Assembly: GCA_964461025.1 (NCBI GenBank)
Contig: CAYWSE010000006.1
Span: forward strand, 9,013-73,012
Source of the DNA: an uncultured Sphaerobacteraceae bacterium
Lineage (GTDB): Bacteria; Chloroflexota; Chloroflexia; Thermomicrobiales; UBA6265
Reading direction: 5' to 3'
Length of the DNA: 64,000 bases
The notes under the pieces are model-generated. The model saw only the letters and a list, made by a program, of their open reading frames with translations, made no database searches and was not told the origin of the DNA. The position numbers and the translations under genes were made by a program. This document shows, piece by piece, positions 1-8,364 of the stretch (its first letter is position 1; each line of letters opens with the position of its first letter).

Positions 1-55
1 CGGTGTCCTTCACGATGAAGATGATGCTGCGCTCGTCGCCCGCTTTGGCGAACGC

Positions 56-514
56 GTGGCCAGCGTGCTTCAGCGATCGCTGCAGATCCGGCATCTCGAC
101 GCCGGTTCGTGCAATGGCTGCGACTGGGAGATTCAGTCGCTGCTCGGTCCGGCCTACGACATCCAGCGACTGGGCATCGACATCGTCGCCTCGCCACGTC
201 ATGCCGACTGTCTATTGGTGACTGGCAGTGTCACCCGTCACCTCGAGGAAGCGGTCCACGCGACCTATGCGGCGATGCCCAAACCGGGCATAGTGATTGC
301 GGTTGGCGCTTGCGCTTGTGGTGGAGGCGTGCTGCAGGGGAGCTACTGCACTGCCGGCGGAGTGGGGAAGGTCATCCCGGTCGACGTCCTGATCCCAGGC
401 TGTCCGCCCCGCCCGCAGGCGCTTCTCTTTGGCCTGATGCGGGCGCTCGACCGCATCGAGCAGAAGTTGCACCATTCAGACTCGGAGTTTAGGATAGAGG
501 CCTCTCGCACGTAG
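56..514 (+). CDS. NuoB/HycG-like 20 kDa FeS small subunit of a group-4 [NiFe]-hydrogenase or complex-I-type module; frame is open to the window edge so the true start may be upstream
   Basis: Translation has the family pattern GSCNGCDWEI ... SPRHAD ... GACACGGG ... IPGCPPRP (four cluster cysteines). There is no stop between nt 2 and 56 in the same frame. Confidence 0.85.
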   Translation: MASVLQRSLQIRHLDAGSCNGCDWEIQSLLGPAYDIQRLGIDIVASPRHADCLLVTGSVTRHLEEAVHATYAAMPKPGIVIAVGACACGGGVLQGSYCTAGGVGKVIPVDVLIPGCPPRPQALLFGLMRALDRIEQKLHHSDSEFRIEASRT

Positions 515-604
515 CACCGGGTTGCAGTCCGGATTCACGGTGCGAGCGCCACACTCCTCCGAAGACATGGCTGTGCAGGAGCGGGATGTGAGAGGATACT
601 GCCT

Positions 605-3487
605 GTGCGTTCCCTGATAACCAGATGTGTGATCGTCCTCCTTTTGATGGCGCCCCTTCTCACAGTTGTGCCTGCTCCTCGCACGGCTGCCCAGGACGGC
701 GGCTATCTGGGCGAAGCGCCCTTCTACACAAGTGACGCCTGGGTCGTCGATGCCGGCGAAGCCGTTTTCGCCGCCGACCTCCCAACGGTCAATCCCGCCA
801 ATCGTGCCGCCTCCGTTGCCTATTTCAACAGCTACTACCGCGGTCAGGGCATGCCCGCCATCAGCTGGACGGGCAATCACCCATCCTGCAACGCCGGCAC
901 AACGTCCGCCGCATTCAAGGATGATGTCCTGCTGCGGCTCATGTACTTCCGGGGCATGGCCGGCGTACCGACCACGATCGGGTTCTCGAGCACCGCAAAC
1001 GCCAAGAACCAGCAGGCCGCTCTGCTCATGAGCGCCAATGGTTCGCTGTCGCACAATCCGCCCTCCGATTGGGCGTGCTGGACGGCCGACGCCAGCCAGG
1101 CCGCCGGTAGCTCGAATATCGCCATCGGCTACTTCGGTCGTGGCGCCGTCGATGCCTATATGAAGGACAGTGGTAGCAACAACTATCTGGCCGGGCATCG
1201 ACGCTGGCTGCTCTACCCGCAAACGACCACATTTGGCACCGGCGACACGCCGTTCGTATCCGCCAGCGGCGGCAATCCGTCCTACAGCTCGTCCAATACC
1301 ATGTGGGTCTTCGATTCGAATATCGGAGGTCCCCGGCCGGCCACCCGCGACGGCTACGTTGCCTGGCCGCCGCCCGGATATGTGCCGTACCAGGTCGTCT
1401 ATCCTCGCTGGACCTTTTCCTTCCCAGGCGCCAACTTTGCAAATGCCAGCGTCACCCTCACCCGCGACGGCGTGAACGTCCCGGTGACTGTCGAGTCCCG
1501 CACCAACAACGGCTACGGCGAGAACACGATCGTTTTTCGCCCCACGTCGATGGGGAGTGGCGACACCTGGGCCAACCCGGGAAACGACACGACCTACCGT
1601 GTGACGATCTCCAACGTCAACAACGCGAGTTTGTCGACCTTCTCCTATGACGTGACAGTCATCAATCCGGATGGACCGGGCGGCGGTGGGGCAACGTCGA
1701 CGCCCACGCGAACGCCGACCCGCACGCCGACAACGGGAACAGGTTCCTGGGCGCCGGGCATGATGGTGTCGGCCACAACCGGCGTCAATCTTCGTTCTGG
1801 CCCAGGTACGAACTATTCCTCGCTGGACATCGTCTCCAGTGGCACGCGCGGCTCCATCACGGGTGCGCCCACAACGGCTGGTGGGCACACGTGGTATCCC
1901 GTCGCCATGGAAGGGCACGCACCAGGCTGGATCGCCGGAACGTATTTGCGTGCGCTGAATATCACCGCGACGCCTTCGACCGGCAGCACGCCGACGCGCA
2001 CGCCCACCGCAACCCGCACGCCAACCCGGACACCCACGACGACCGCGACGCGAACACCGACCCGTACGCCCACCCCCAGTCGCACACCGACAACTGGCGC
2101 CTCGAACCCATTCGGACCTGGAATGATGGTGACGACCAGCGCCGCCGTCAATCTCCGGTCGGGTCCCGGCACGAACTACACATCGCATGGGATCGTCTCC
2201 AGCGGCACACGCGGCGCCATCACTGGAAGTCCGGTCGCGAGCGGCGGCTACACCTGGTATCCCGTCGCCATGCAGGGATTTCAGCCCGGATGGATCGCGG
2301 GCACGTATCTGCGCGCGCTGAACATCACAGCCACGCCATCGACCGGCTCGAGTCCAACGCCAACGCGAACGCCCACCAGAACACCGACGACCGTCAGCGG
2401 CGCATTCCCAATTGGAACCGGGGTTCAGACGACGGCGAATCTGCGACTCCGTTCCGGACCATCCTCCTCGGCGTCCACGATCCTCACGCTGCCGAACGGC
2501 GCCAATGGCACGATCACAGGAGCGCCCGTCGTCGCGGGCGGCTTCACCTGGTATCCGGCCACCTTCACAGGCTATGGATCCGGCTATGTTGCAGGAACCT
2601 ATCTTCGTGCGGTTAGTGCGGCATCGTCGGCGACGGCAACGCGAACGCCGACGCTGGCAGCAGGTGTGTTTCCCGTTGACTCAACAGTCCGGGCCACAGC
2701 GAATGTCAATATGCGCAGCAACGCCGGCACCGGTTACGGCGTGGTCGCCGTCATGCCGAATGGCGCGCAAGGAACGGTGCTCGCCGGTCCTGTCGCCAGC
2801 GGGAGCTACCAGTGGTATCGCGTTCAGGCCGCTGCGGGAACCGGCTGGGTTGCCGGAGCGTATCTGCAATTGATCAGCGTCTCCAGCGCCCCCGGTTCGA
2901 CCGACGCGGTTTCGCCCGCGAACACGGTCACACCGGTTCCGACAAACACTCCGGCGCCATCGGCCACTGAACCGCCCGCGACAGACACTCCCGTGCCGCC
3001 GCCGCCGACTGAGGTCGTCGAGGTCGTCGTACCGACAGCGGCCCTGGTTGTCGAGGAGGCACCGCCGCCCACCGCGACGAGCACCGTCGATCCCGGCCCG
3101 CAACCGCTGCAGATCGTCCGCATCCAGCGAACCGACGGTTCGACCTCCGGCGAGGTGCTTGTCGATGAGGACGAATCGACCGTTTGGATCGCGCCCGGCA
3201 TGCCGGCAGCGCAGGCCGCGGTTTTCGTCGCCGACACGGGAGCCGAGCAATGGATTTCGGAAGTCCGCTGGCAAACGGGCGCAGCGGGACTCAGCGGTCA
3301 GCTATACATCTCGATTTCACTCGACGGTCAGACCTGGACCGATCTCGATCTGACCCTCGCTCAAACCGACGGCAGCTGGTCCAGTCTCCCGGTGAACGCA
3401 TCGACGATGTTCGTCCGCTTCGCCTTCATCGCCGTCGACGACATCCCTGATCTCGGCGGCATCGCTGAGATAGAGTTGTGGCCGTAG
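605..3487 (+). CDS. Secreted multidomain protein: signal peptide, CAP/SCP(PR-1-like) domain, four SH3b repeats joined by Pro/Thr linkers, C-terminal discoidin (F5/8 type C)-like domain
   Basis: 960-aa ORF with GTG start and a hydrophobic N-terminus. CAP-like block: YFNSYYRG...HRRWLLYP. Four copies of a VNLRSGPGTNY...W(Y/I)...GW(I/V)AG(T/A)YL module. Linkers are TPTRTPTRTPT. The tail ISEVRWQTG...YISISLDGQTW...IAEIELWP resembles a discoidin domain. Confidence 0.85.
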   Translation: MRSLITRCVIVLLLMAPLLTVVPAPRTAAQDGGYLGEAPFYTSDAWVVDAGEAVFAADLPTVNPANRAASVAYFNSYYRGQGMPAISWTGNHPSCNAGTTSAAFKDDVLLRLMYFRGMAGVPTTIGFSSTANAKNQQAALLMSANGSLSHNPPSDWACWTADASQAAGSSNIAIGYFGRGAVDAYMKDSGSNNYLAGHRRWLLYPQTTTFGTGDTPFVSASGGNPSYSSSNTMWVFDSNIGGPRPATRDGYVAWPPPGYVPYQVVYPRWTFSFPGANFANASVTLTRDGVNVPVTVESRTNNGYGENTIVFRPTSMGSGDTWANPGNDTTYRVTISNVNNASLSTFSYDVTVINPDGPGGGGATSTPTRTPTRTPTTGTGSWAPGMMVSATTGVNLRSGPGTNYSSLDIVSSGTRGSITGAPTTAGGHTWYPVAMEGHAPGWIAGTYLRALNITATPSTGSTPTRTPTATRTPTRTPTTTATRTPTRTPTPSRTPTTGASNPFGPGMMVTTSAAVNLRSGPGTNYTSHGIVSSGTRGAITGSPVASGGYTWYPVAMQGFQPGWIAGTYLRALNITATPSTGSSPTPTRTPTRTPTTVSGAFPIGTGVQTTANLRLRSGPSSSASTILTLPNGANGTITGAPVVAGGFTWYPATFTGYGSGYVAGTYLRAVSAASSATATRTPTLAAGVFPVDSTVRATANVNMRSNAGTGYGVVAVMPNGAQGTVLAGPVASGSYQWYRVQAAAGTGWVAGAYLQLISVSSAPGSTDAVSPANTVTPVPTNTPAPSATEPPATDTPVPPPPTEVVEVVVPTAALVVEEAPPPTATSTVDPGPQPLQIVRIQRTDGSTSGEVLVDEDESTVWIAPGMPAAQAAVFVADTGAEQWISEVRWQTGAAGLSGQLYISISLDGQTWTDLDLTLAQTDGSWSSLPVNASTMFVRFAFIAVDDIPDLGGIAEIELWP
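1754..2875 (+). repeat. Four tandem SH3b-coding repeats (about 210 nt each) separated by (TPTR)n linker-coding low-complexity DNA
   Basis: Approximate repeat coordinates are 1754-1957, 2114-2320, 2402-2611 and 2663-2875. Repeats 1 and 2 are clearly similar at nucleotide level as well as protein level. Confidence 0.85.
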
Positions 3488-3497
3488 ATGGAGCATA

Positions 3498-3588
3498 GTG
3501 AATGGTCGATGGTAGATAGAGATTGGTGACTGGAACCAACCGCCATGCACCATCCACTATCTACCATCGACTACTGATAAATCACCAA
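3498..3588. repeat. Inverted arrays of heptanucleotide repeats forming a long hairpin between convergent genes (probable bidirectional terminator)
   Basis: Left arm units: gtgaatg gtcgatg gtagata gagattg gtgactg. Right arm units: ccgccat gcaccat ccactat ctaccat cgactac. A perfect 15-bp inverted repeat pairs 3505-3519 with 3557-3571. Confidence 0.7.
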
Positions 3589-4467
3589 ATCCGGCGGTGG
3601 TTGCAGCGCCATGACCTCGGCCGCCGTCATCAACGGTTCGTCCTGCCGGTACCAGAGCTTGAATCCGTAGAAATCATGGACCACGTTGCCGCCGACCACC
3701 GCGTAGGTGTCGCGCTTCGCGTCGGGACTACCCCAACCATCGACTTCCAGCACGAACTGCACTCCGGGGATTTGCTGAACCTGGTCCCGGTTGGTCAGGG
3801 AGTAGAGGTGGAACTGATGGACGATCAGCAGCTTCGGCGGCAATCCCTCGCTCAGCGCAATGTCAGCCAGGAGCTGCTGCGCCGTCAGCACATCGGATGC
3901 ATCGATCTGACCCAGATCGAGTCCTGGAGTTTCCCCTTCTCCTACCGCAAACTCCGGATCGATTGCCAGGTGCACATGGGGATAGGAGAGCCACTCGCGC
4001 ACCGCATCGATTTCCTGCGAGACGCTCTTGCGACCGAATTGCACATCGAGAATCAGCAGTAAATCGTTCGCCGCTGTGAAATCGACATAACGCCGTATCG
4101 TCTCGCTATCGGCATAGGCAATGTACATGCCGTCGGGGCCAGGATCGCGCTGGGCCACTGAGGCAATCACCTCGAATGCCAGCAGCCAGGGCCGCGAACT
4201 GTCCGCTGCTTCATATTCAGTGACCTGATCCTGCAGAATCGCCAGCAGCGTTTCCATGTCATATTCGCCGAGGATCCCCATCAGCTCATTGCCGGGGAAG
4301 CCGTAGTAGGCGAGGATGCGATTCGCCGGAAAGAGATACGGACCGCCGAACTGATCATTTGGACCGGATGTGCCGTCGCCCTGCGCGCTTGACAGTTCGA
4401 CGTTCAGCGCCGTCGCGCCAAGTGCGACCGCGGCCGGTACCAGCGCCTCACGGCGCGTAAATGTCAT
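3571..4467 (-). CDS. Tat-signal exported hypothetical protein
   Basis: ATG at 4467 is preceded by GAGGG. The N-terminus MTFTRREALVPAAVALGATAL is twin-arginine like. The rest is a long well-behaved ORF from which I cannot name a family. Confidence 0.7.
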   Translation of the reverse strand: MTFTRREALVPAAVALGATALNVELSSAQGDGTSGPNDQFGGPYLFPANRILAYYGFPGNELMGILGEYDMETLLAILQDQVTEYEAADSSRPWLLAFEVIASVAQRDPGPDGMYIAYADSETIRRYVDFTAANDLLLILDVQFGRKSVSQEIDAVREWLSYPHVHLAIDPEFAVGEGETPGLDLGQIDASDVLTAQQLLADIALSEGLPPKLLIVHQFHLYSLTNRDQVQQIPGVQFVLEVDGWGSPDAKRDTYAVVGGNVVHDFYGFKLWYRQDEPLMTAAEVMALQPPPDLVIYQ

Positions 4468-4502
4468 TCGGCCCTCTTTGCCGGACCCGGCGCTGGTCAC
4501 CA

Positions 4503-5663
4503 CTAGATGCTCAGGTTGCAGCCGGTAAAGCCCAGCTCGTAGCCATTCAACGTGGCCCGCACGCGTTGTTCGCCATTGCCATGCGCTTGCGGATCGTATT
4601 CGTTGATGAACTTGGGATCACCGAGGTTGAACACGAGATCATTGATCGCGGCTTCGATATCACCTGGATCAACGAGACCGCGCAACTCCGCATCTCGTGC
4701 CCAGACGCCGGAAAAGCAGTCCGCCATCAATTCCAGCTCGATGCTGTAGACCTCATTCCAGCTGTCTGGCCTGCTCGTCCGCTCAAGATCGATGCCGGTC
4801 TGTACGTGATGCGCCCACTCGTGGGCTATCACAAAAGCGGCGGCAAACGCGTTGCCCTCATCGACCATGTTCATCAGGAACGGCTCGTCCAGATACATCG
4901 TCGAGTCGAGCGGGCAATAGAACCCGTAGAAGCCTGTTGATGCAGGTCCGCATGCTGACTGCACCGTTCTCCCTTCCGGCACGACGACAACCCCCGGACT
5001 CTCATACGTATAGTCCGTGTAGCTCAGAACGTCCCGGTAAAACGCATCGAGATCATCGACGACCACCTGGAACACCTGGTCCCGGGGGACATCCTGAAGA
5101 TTCGTTGTCTGAGGAATGCTGGAGGTCGATCCTGAGCTCGCGGTCTGATCGTCGATCGCGGGCGCGTTCGCGTAATACGAATTCACCTGGTCGACAAAGT
5201 CCTTCGAGTCGCTGACGAACCACCGCCAGTTCCCATCTTCCTTTACGAGGTAGATCGAGTCGGAAACCCATTCTGGCTTGTTGTTTTCATCAAGAACGGG
5301 CTGTACGATGTCCACCCGAACGGCATCGGGGTAATACTTGCCATTGACGTCCCACGACCAGGAACCGAACTCCATACCGACGATTTCAGCCTGATCGACG
5401 AGCGTCCGTGCATAGACGTCATTGAAGAGATTCAGCGCGACAATTCTGGAAACCGCTGCCTGGGAGTCCGGATGCATCGAGTCATACAGGGCGTTGTAGT
5501 CGCGAGCGCTGGCCATCTCGAAGATGTCCTGCACGGTCCGGGCGACGGTGGCCTGTTCGCGAGCGCTTATCTCTGTGGATGTGGTCTGAGCCAGAACACC
5601 GGCGGTCGGGAAACCTGCGCCGATGAGTAGGACCAGAACGGCAATCATCAGTCTCTTCGCCAT
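4503..5663 (-). CDS. Putative neutral zinc metallopeptidase (YpfJ-like) with N-terminal signal/anchor
   Basis: Signal-like N-terminus MAKRLMIAVLVLLIGAGFPTAGVLAQ and an HExxH motif in FVIAHEWAHHVQ. Confidence 0.8.
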   Translation of the reverse strand: MAKRLMIAVLVLLIGAGFPTAGVLAQTTSTEISAREQATVARTVQDIFEMASARDYNALYDSMHPDSQAAVSRIVALNLFNDVYARTLVDQAEIVGMEFGSWSWDVNGKYYPDAVRVDIVQPVLDENNKPEWVSDSIYLVKEDGNWRWFVSDSKDFVDQVNSYYANAPAIDDQTASSGSTSSIPQTTNLQDVPRDQVFQVVVDDLDAFYRDVLSYTDYTYESPGVVVVPEGRTVQSACGPASTGFYGFYCPLDSTMYLDEPFLMNMVDEGNAFAAAFVIAHEWAHHVQTGIDLERTSRPDSWNEVYSIELELMADCFSGVWARDAELRGLVDPGDIEAAINDLVFNLGDPKFINEYDPQAHGNGEQRVRATLNGYELGFTGCNLSI

Positions 5664-5951
5664 CGACTCTCTCCCTGGACACCTGCTGAGTGTTCTGCAT
5701 GGACACTCACGCGAAGAGTATACGTAACAATCCGCCGAATCGGAGAACGGCGTGACGTCTTGGTTTCTGGTGGCACAGCATCACGTCGCCCGTCCGCAAG
5801 AATGGTTCCCTCAGCTGAATTACCCCCATCGACCCATGGTTATGGAAGAGGAGTACAATCATCATGAGTAGAAGCGCAATCCTCAACCAGAGGGGCGAAG
5901 GAGCCGATCGACGGGCTGCCGGCATTCGTGACAATTGCGGAAGGAGCAGAT

Positions 5952-6623
5952 ATGGAAAGCGCGTTCGACAAGATTCTCAAGAGTGCATCTCCCGATCAGG
6001 TCGCCAAGGCGCAGGATTTCGTCAGCAGGGTGACAACCGGCGATCCCATGCAGGGATTCGATGACGACGACATTCAGCGCATCACGACAGAGGTGCTGCC
6101 GAATCTCTCTCCTGAAGAGTTCCAGCAGGCGATGAAGAGCTCGGTTCAGAATCTCTCATCGAACATGTCGGAATCAGACCGGTCTTCACTCGGTGAGATG
6201 CTGAAACAGCGGCAGGCCGGACAGGGAATGGTCGATATCACCAGAGGAGGCGAAAGCGTACCGGCCGGCACAGCTCCGTCTGGCGGCGGTGGCGGCGGTG
6301 GGATCGACGACCTCCTGGGTGGACTTCTGGGAGGTGCAGGTGGCGCTGATCTCGACGATCTCCTTGGCGGATTGCTCGGTGGCGGCGGCCAGCCGCAGGC
6401 TCAGTCAGAGGGCGGCGGAGGTCTCGGCGGCATGCTTGGGGGCCTCCTCGGTGGGATTCTCGGCGGTGGTGGAGCGAGCTCCAATGCGGGAGCGACGGCG
6501 GAAGCCGGAGCACCTGATATCACGGACATGCTCGGCGACCTGATCAACAGCCCGATCGGCAAGTCGATCATCGCCGGCGCCGGCGCATTCGCCATGAAGA
6601 ACATCCTGGGCGGTCAGAAGTAA
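5952..6623 (+). CDS. Glycine-rich hypothetical protein (DUF937-like low-complexity core)
   Basis: AAGGAG at 5941-5946 lies 5 nt before the ATG at 5952. Repeated DDLLGGLLGG and LGGMLGGLLGGILGG segments. A canonical terminator follows directly downstream. Confidence 0.65.
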   Translation: MESAFDKILKSASPDQVAKAQDFVSRVTTGDPMQGFDDDDIQRITTEVLPNLSPEEFQQAMKSSVQNLSSNMSESDRSSLGEMLKQRQAGQGMVDITRGGESVPAGTAPSGGGGGGGIDDLLGGLLGGAGGADLDDLLGGLLGGGGQPQAQSEGGGGLGGMLGGLLGGILGGGGASSNAGATAEAGAPDITDMLGDLINSPIGKSIIAGAGAFAMKNILGGQK

Positions 6624-6646
6624 CGCGCCGACTGAGCATGAGTGTC

Positions 6647-6679
6647 ACGCGCCGGAGCCCACGCTTCGGCGCGTTTTTT
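6647..6679 (+). terminator. Canonical Rho-independent terminator
   Basis: An 8-10 bp GC stem (acgcgccgga / ttcggcgcgt) is followed by six T at 6674-6679, 24 nt after the stop of the upstream gene. Confidence 0.85.
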
Positions 6680-6881
6680 GGTGCATGAATCCCACCCATC
6701 AGCGAGATATCTGGCCATCATGCTACGATTTCGCGATGCCGGTTCGGTGGCCACGAGCTCGACGCGTTCGGACCCGTGTTTGCCCCGCGGAAGAAGTGGA
6801 GCCAGGGCTGAAACTTGGCGACGTGCGTCGCAGATCATCCATTTCTTCCGAAATCGTGAATACACTGCCAAGGAGCGAGGA

Positions 6882-8033
6882 ATGAGTAATTCGGCTGTCT
6901 CGGACGTCGAGGTTCCCAAGCCAAGTGGGCTCGAAGGAGTCGTTGCGGCGTCGACGGCCCTCAGCCATGTCTTCGGCGAGGAAGGGAAGCTTGTCTATCG
7001 TGGCTACGACATCCACGAGCTCGCGGGGAAAGCGAGTTTTGAGGAAGTCGCCTTTCTGCTCTGGACCGGTCACCTGCCGAGCGAAACTGAGCTGGAAGAG
7101 TTCATGGCCAGGCTCGATGCCAATCGCTCTCTTCCCGAGGGTGTGATCGCCATTCTTCGCCAGCTTCCGGCCGATACCGCACCGATGGACGCGTTGCGCA
7201 CCGGGGTCTCGTCACTTGGCCCGCTTCTGCCGGGAGTCTTTCAGGATGAACCCGATCTCGATCAGGCGATTGCCCTTGCGGCGCGCTTTCCCTCGATTCT
7301 CGCCGCCTTCCACCGGCTGCGAAACGGCGAAGAGCCGATTGTTCCCAAATCCGGGCACAACACCGCTCAAACCTACCTCTATCAGCTCTTTGGCAACGAG
7401 CCCGACGAGCGGCATTGGAAGCCGCTCGAGGTTTATCTGACACTCCTCACCGACCATGGCATGAATGCCTCGACCTTCGCGGCGCGCGTCATCGCTTCGA
7501 CTCAATCGGACATTGTCTCGTCGCTGACCGGCGCAGTTGGCGCATTGAAAGGTCCCCTCCATGGCGGAGCGCCGTCGCTCGTCCTCGACATGCTCAACGA
7601 AATCGGCTCCGCGGCGAATGTCGATGCCTGGCTTGTTTCCGCACTCGACCGCGGTGACAGGTTGATGGGATTCGGTCACCGCGTGTACAAGGCCGAAGAC
7701 CCGCGAGCCGAGATCCTGCGCGAAATGGCCCGCACGGCCAGCGATCCCGACTTCTTCGAACTCTCGCTCAAAACCGAGGAACGCGCCCTCGAGATTCTCA
7801 ACGAACGCAAACCAGGTCGCCGACTCTACACCAATGTTGAGTTCTATTCCGCCGCGGTGCTCGCTGCGGTGGGACTGCCAGGCGACATGTTCACGCCGAC
7901 TTTCTCGGTCGCCCGCGCGGTTGGCTGGAGCGCTCACGTGCTCGAACAGGTGGCGAACAATCGCCTGATCCGCCCGCAATCAGAATTCGTCGGCCCGATC
8001 GATCTCCACTACGTAGAGGTCGATCACCGCTAG
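6882..8033 (+). CDS. gltA: Citrate synthase
   Basis: AAGGAG at 6870-6875 precedes the ATG at 6882. Translation has LEGVVAASTALSHV, GPLHGGA and MGFGHRVYK..DPRA motifs. The upstream part of the 463-aa ORF looks non-coding. Confidence 0.92.
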   Translation: MSNSAVSDVEVPKPSGLEGVVAASTALSHVFGEEGKLVYRGYDIHELAGKASFEEVAFLLWTGHLPSETELEEFMARLDANRSLPEGVIAILRQLPADTAPMDALRTGVSSLGPLLPGVFQDEPDLDQAIALAARFPSILAAFHRLRNGEEPIVPKSGHNTAQTYLYQLFGNEPDERHWKPLEVYLTLLTDHGMNASTFAARVIASTQSDIVSSLTGAVGALKGPLHGGAPSLVLDMLNEIGSAANVDAWLVSALDRGDRLMGFGHRVYKAEDPRAEILREMARTASDPDFFELSLKTEERALEILNERKPGRRLYTNVEFYSAAVLAAVGLPGDMFTPTFSVARAVGWSAHVLEQVANNRLIRPQSEFVGPIDLHYVEVDHR

Positions 8034-8088
8034 CAGGGCGCCCATAAACCCGGTCATTCCAAGCCCACCAGCTCGGCCTGAGTACCAA

Positions 8089-8329
8089 GCGTAGCCTCGC
8101 CATTTATGGCGCATGGTCAGCAGCGCGGCATGAAAAAGAGTTGTCATCCCGAGCGGAACGACGCGAGGCGGAGTGCAGTCGAGGGATCTCCCGCCGCAGC
8201 GGCAGGTCGCCGACAGTGCCGATCGCATCGCTTCAGCCTCTACCCGAGTGTTGCGGCCGGACAGACTGTGGTAGAGAACCCGTGTCTACACAGTTCGCAC
8301 AGAAAGCGCCATAAATGGCGAGGCTACGC
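8089..8329. repeat. 241-bp MITE-like unit bounded by perfect 24-bp terminal inverted repeats, each a GTAG-headed REP-like palindrome
   Basis: gcgtagcctcgccatttatggcgc at 8089-8112 is the exact reverse complement of 8306-8329. The interior carries the dispersed module gtcatcccgagcggaacg...gggatctcccgccgcagcgg at 8143-8210. Confidence 0.8.
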
Positions 8330-8364
8330 AGGGTTTCCCAACCAGCCGGCGGCTGACGCTTCTG

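Noticed and set aside
476-2188. A 570-aa ORF on the minus strand. Similar long antisense ORFs lie at 12417-13421, 15327-16295, 26716-27867, 29934-31115, 41156-42112, 42774-43991 and 49704-50639.
   Set aside because: All lie antisense to ORFs with clear family motifs. They translate to Arg/Gly/Ala/Pro-rich, low-information sequence. Such stop-free antisense frames are expected in GC-rich DNA.
1660-2400. Repetitive acgcccac/cgcacgcc DNA that could superficially resemble a CRISPR or tandem array.
   Set aside because: It lies in frame inside a long CDS and encodes (TPTR)n interdomain linkers. There are no unique spacers or repeat-spacer periodicity.
5707-5934. A 75-aa minus-strand ORF with one hydrophobic stretch, lying between the metallopeptidase and Gly-rich genes.
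   Set aside because: It has poor codon usage for this genome (several A/T-ending rare codons), no SD and no homology signal. It is more likely divergent promoter DNA.
6642-6881. An 80-aa N-terminal extension of citrate synthase. Analogous extensions occur on the LuxR (37146), HD (20069), LLM (9696), paralog B (44116) and epimerase (41027) ORFs.
   Set aside because: Family homology begins at internal starts that have good ribosome-binding sites. The extensions overlap upstream genes or repeat DNA.
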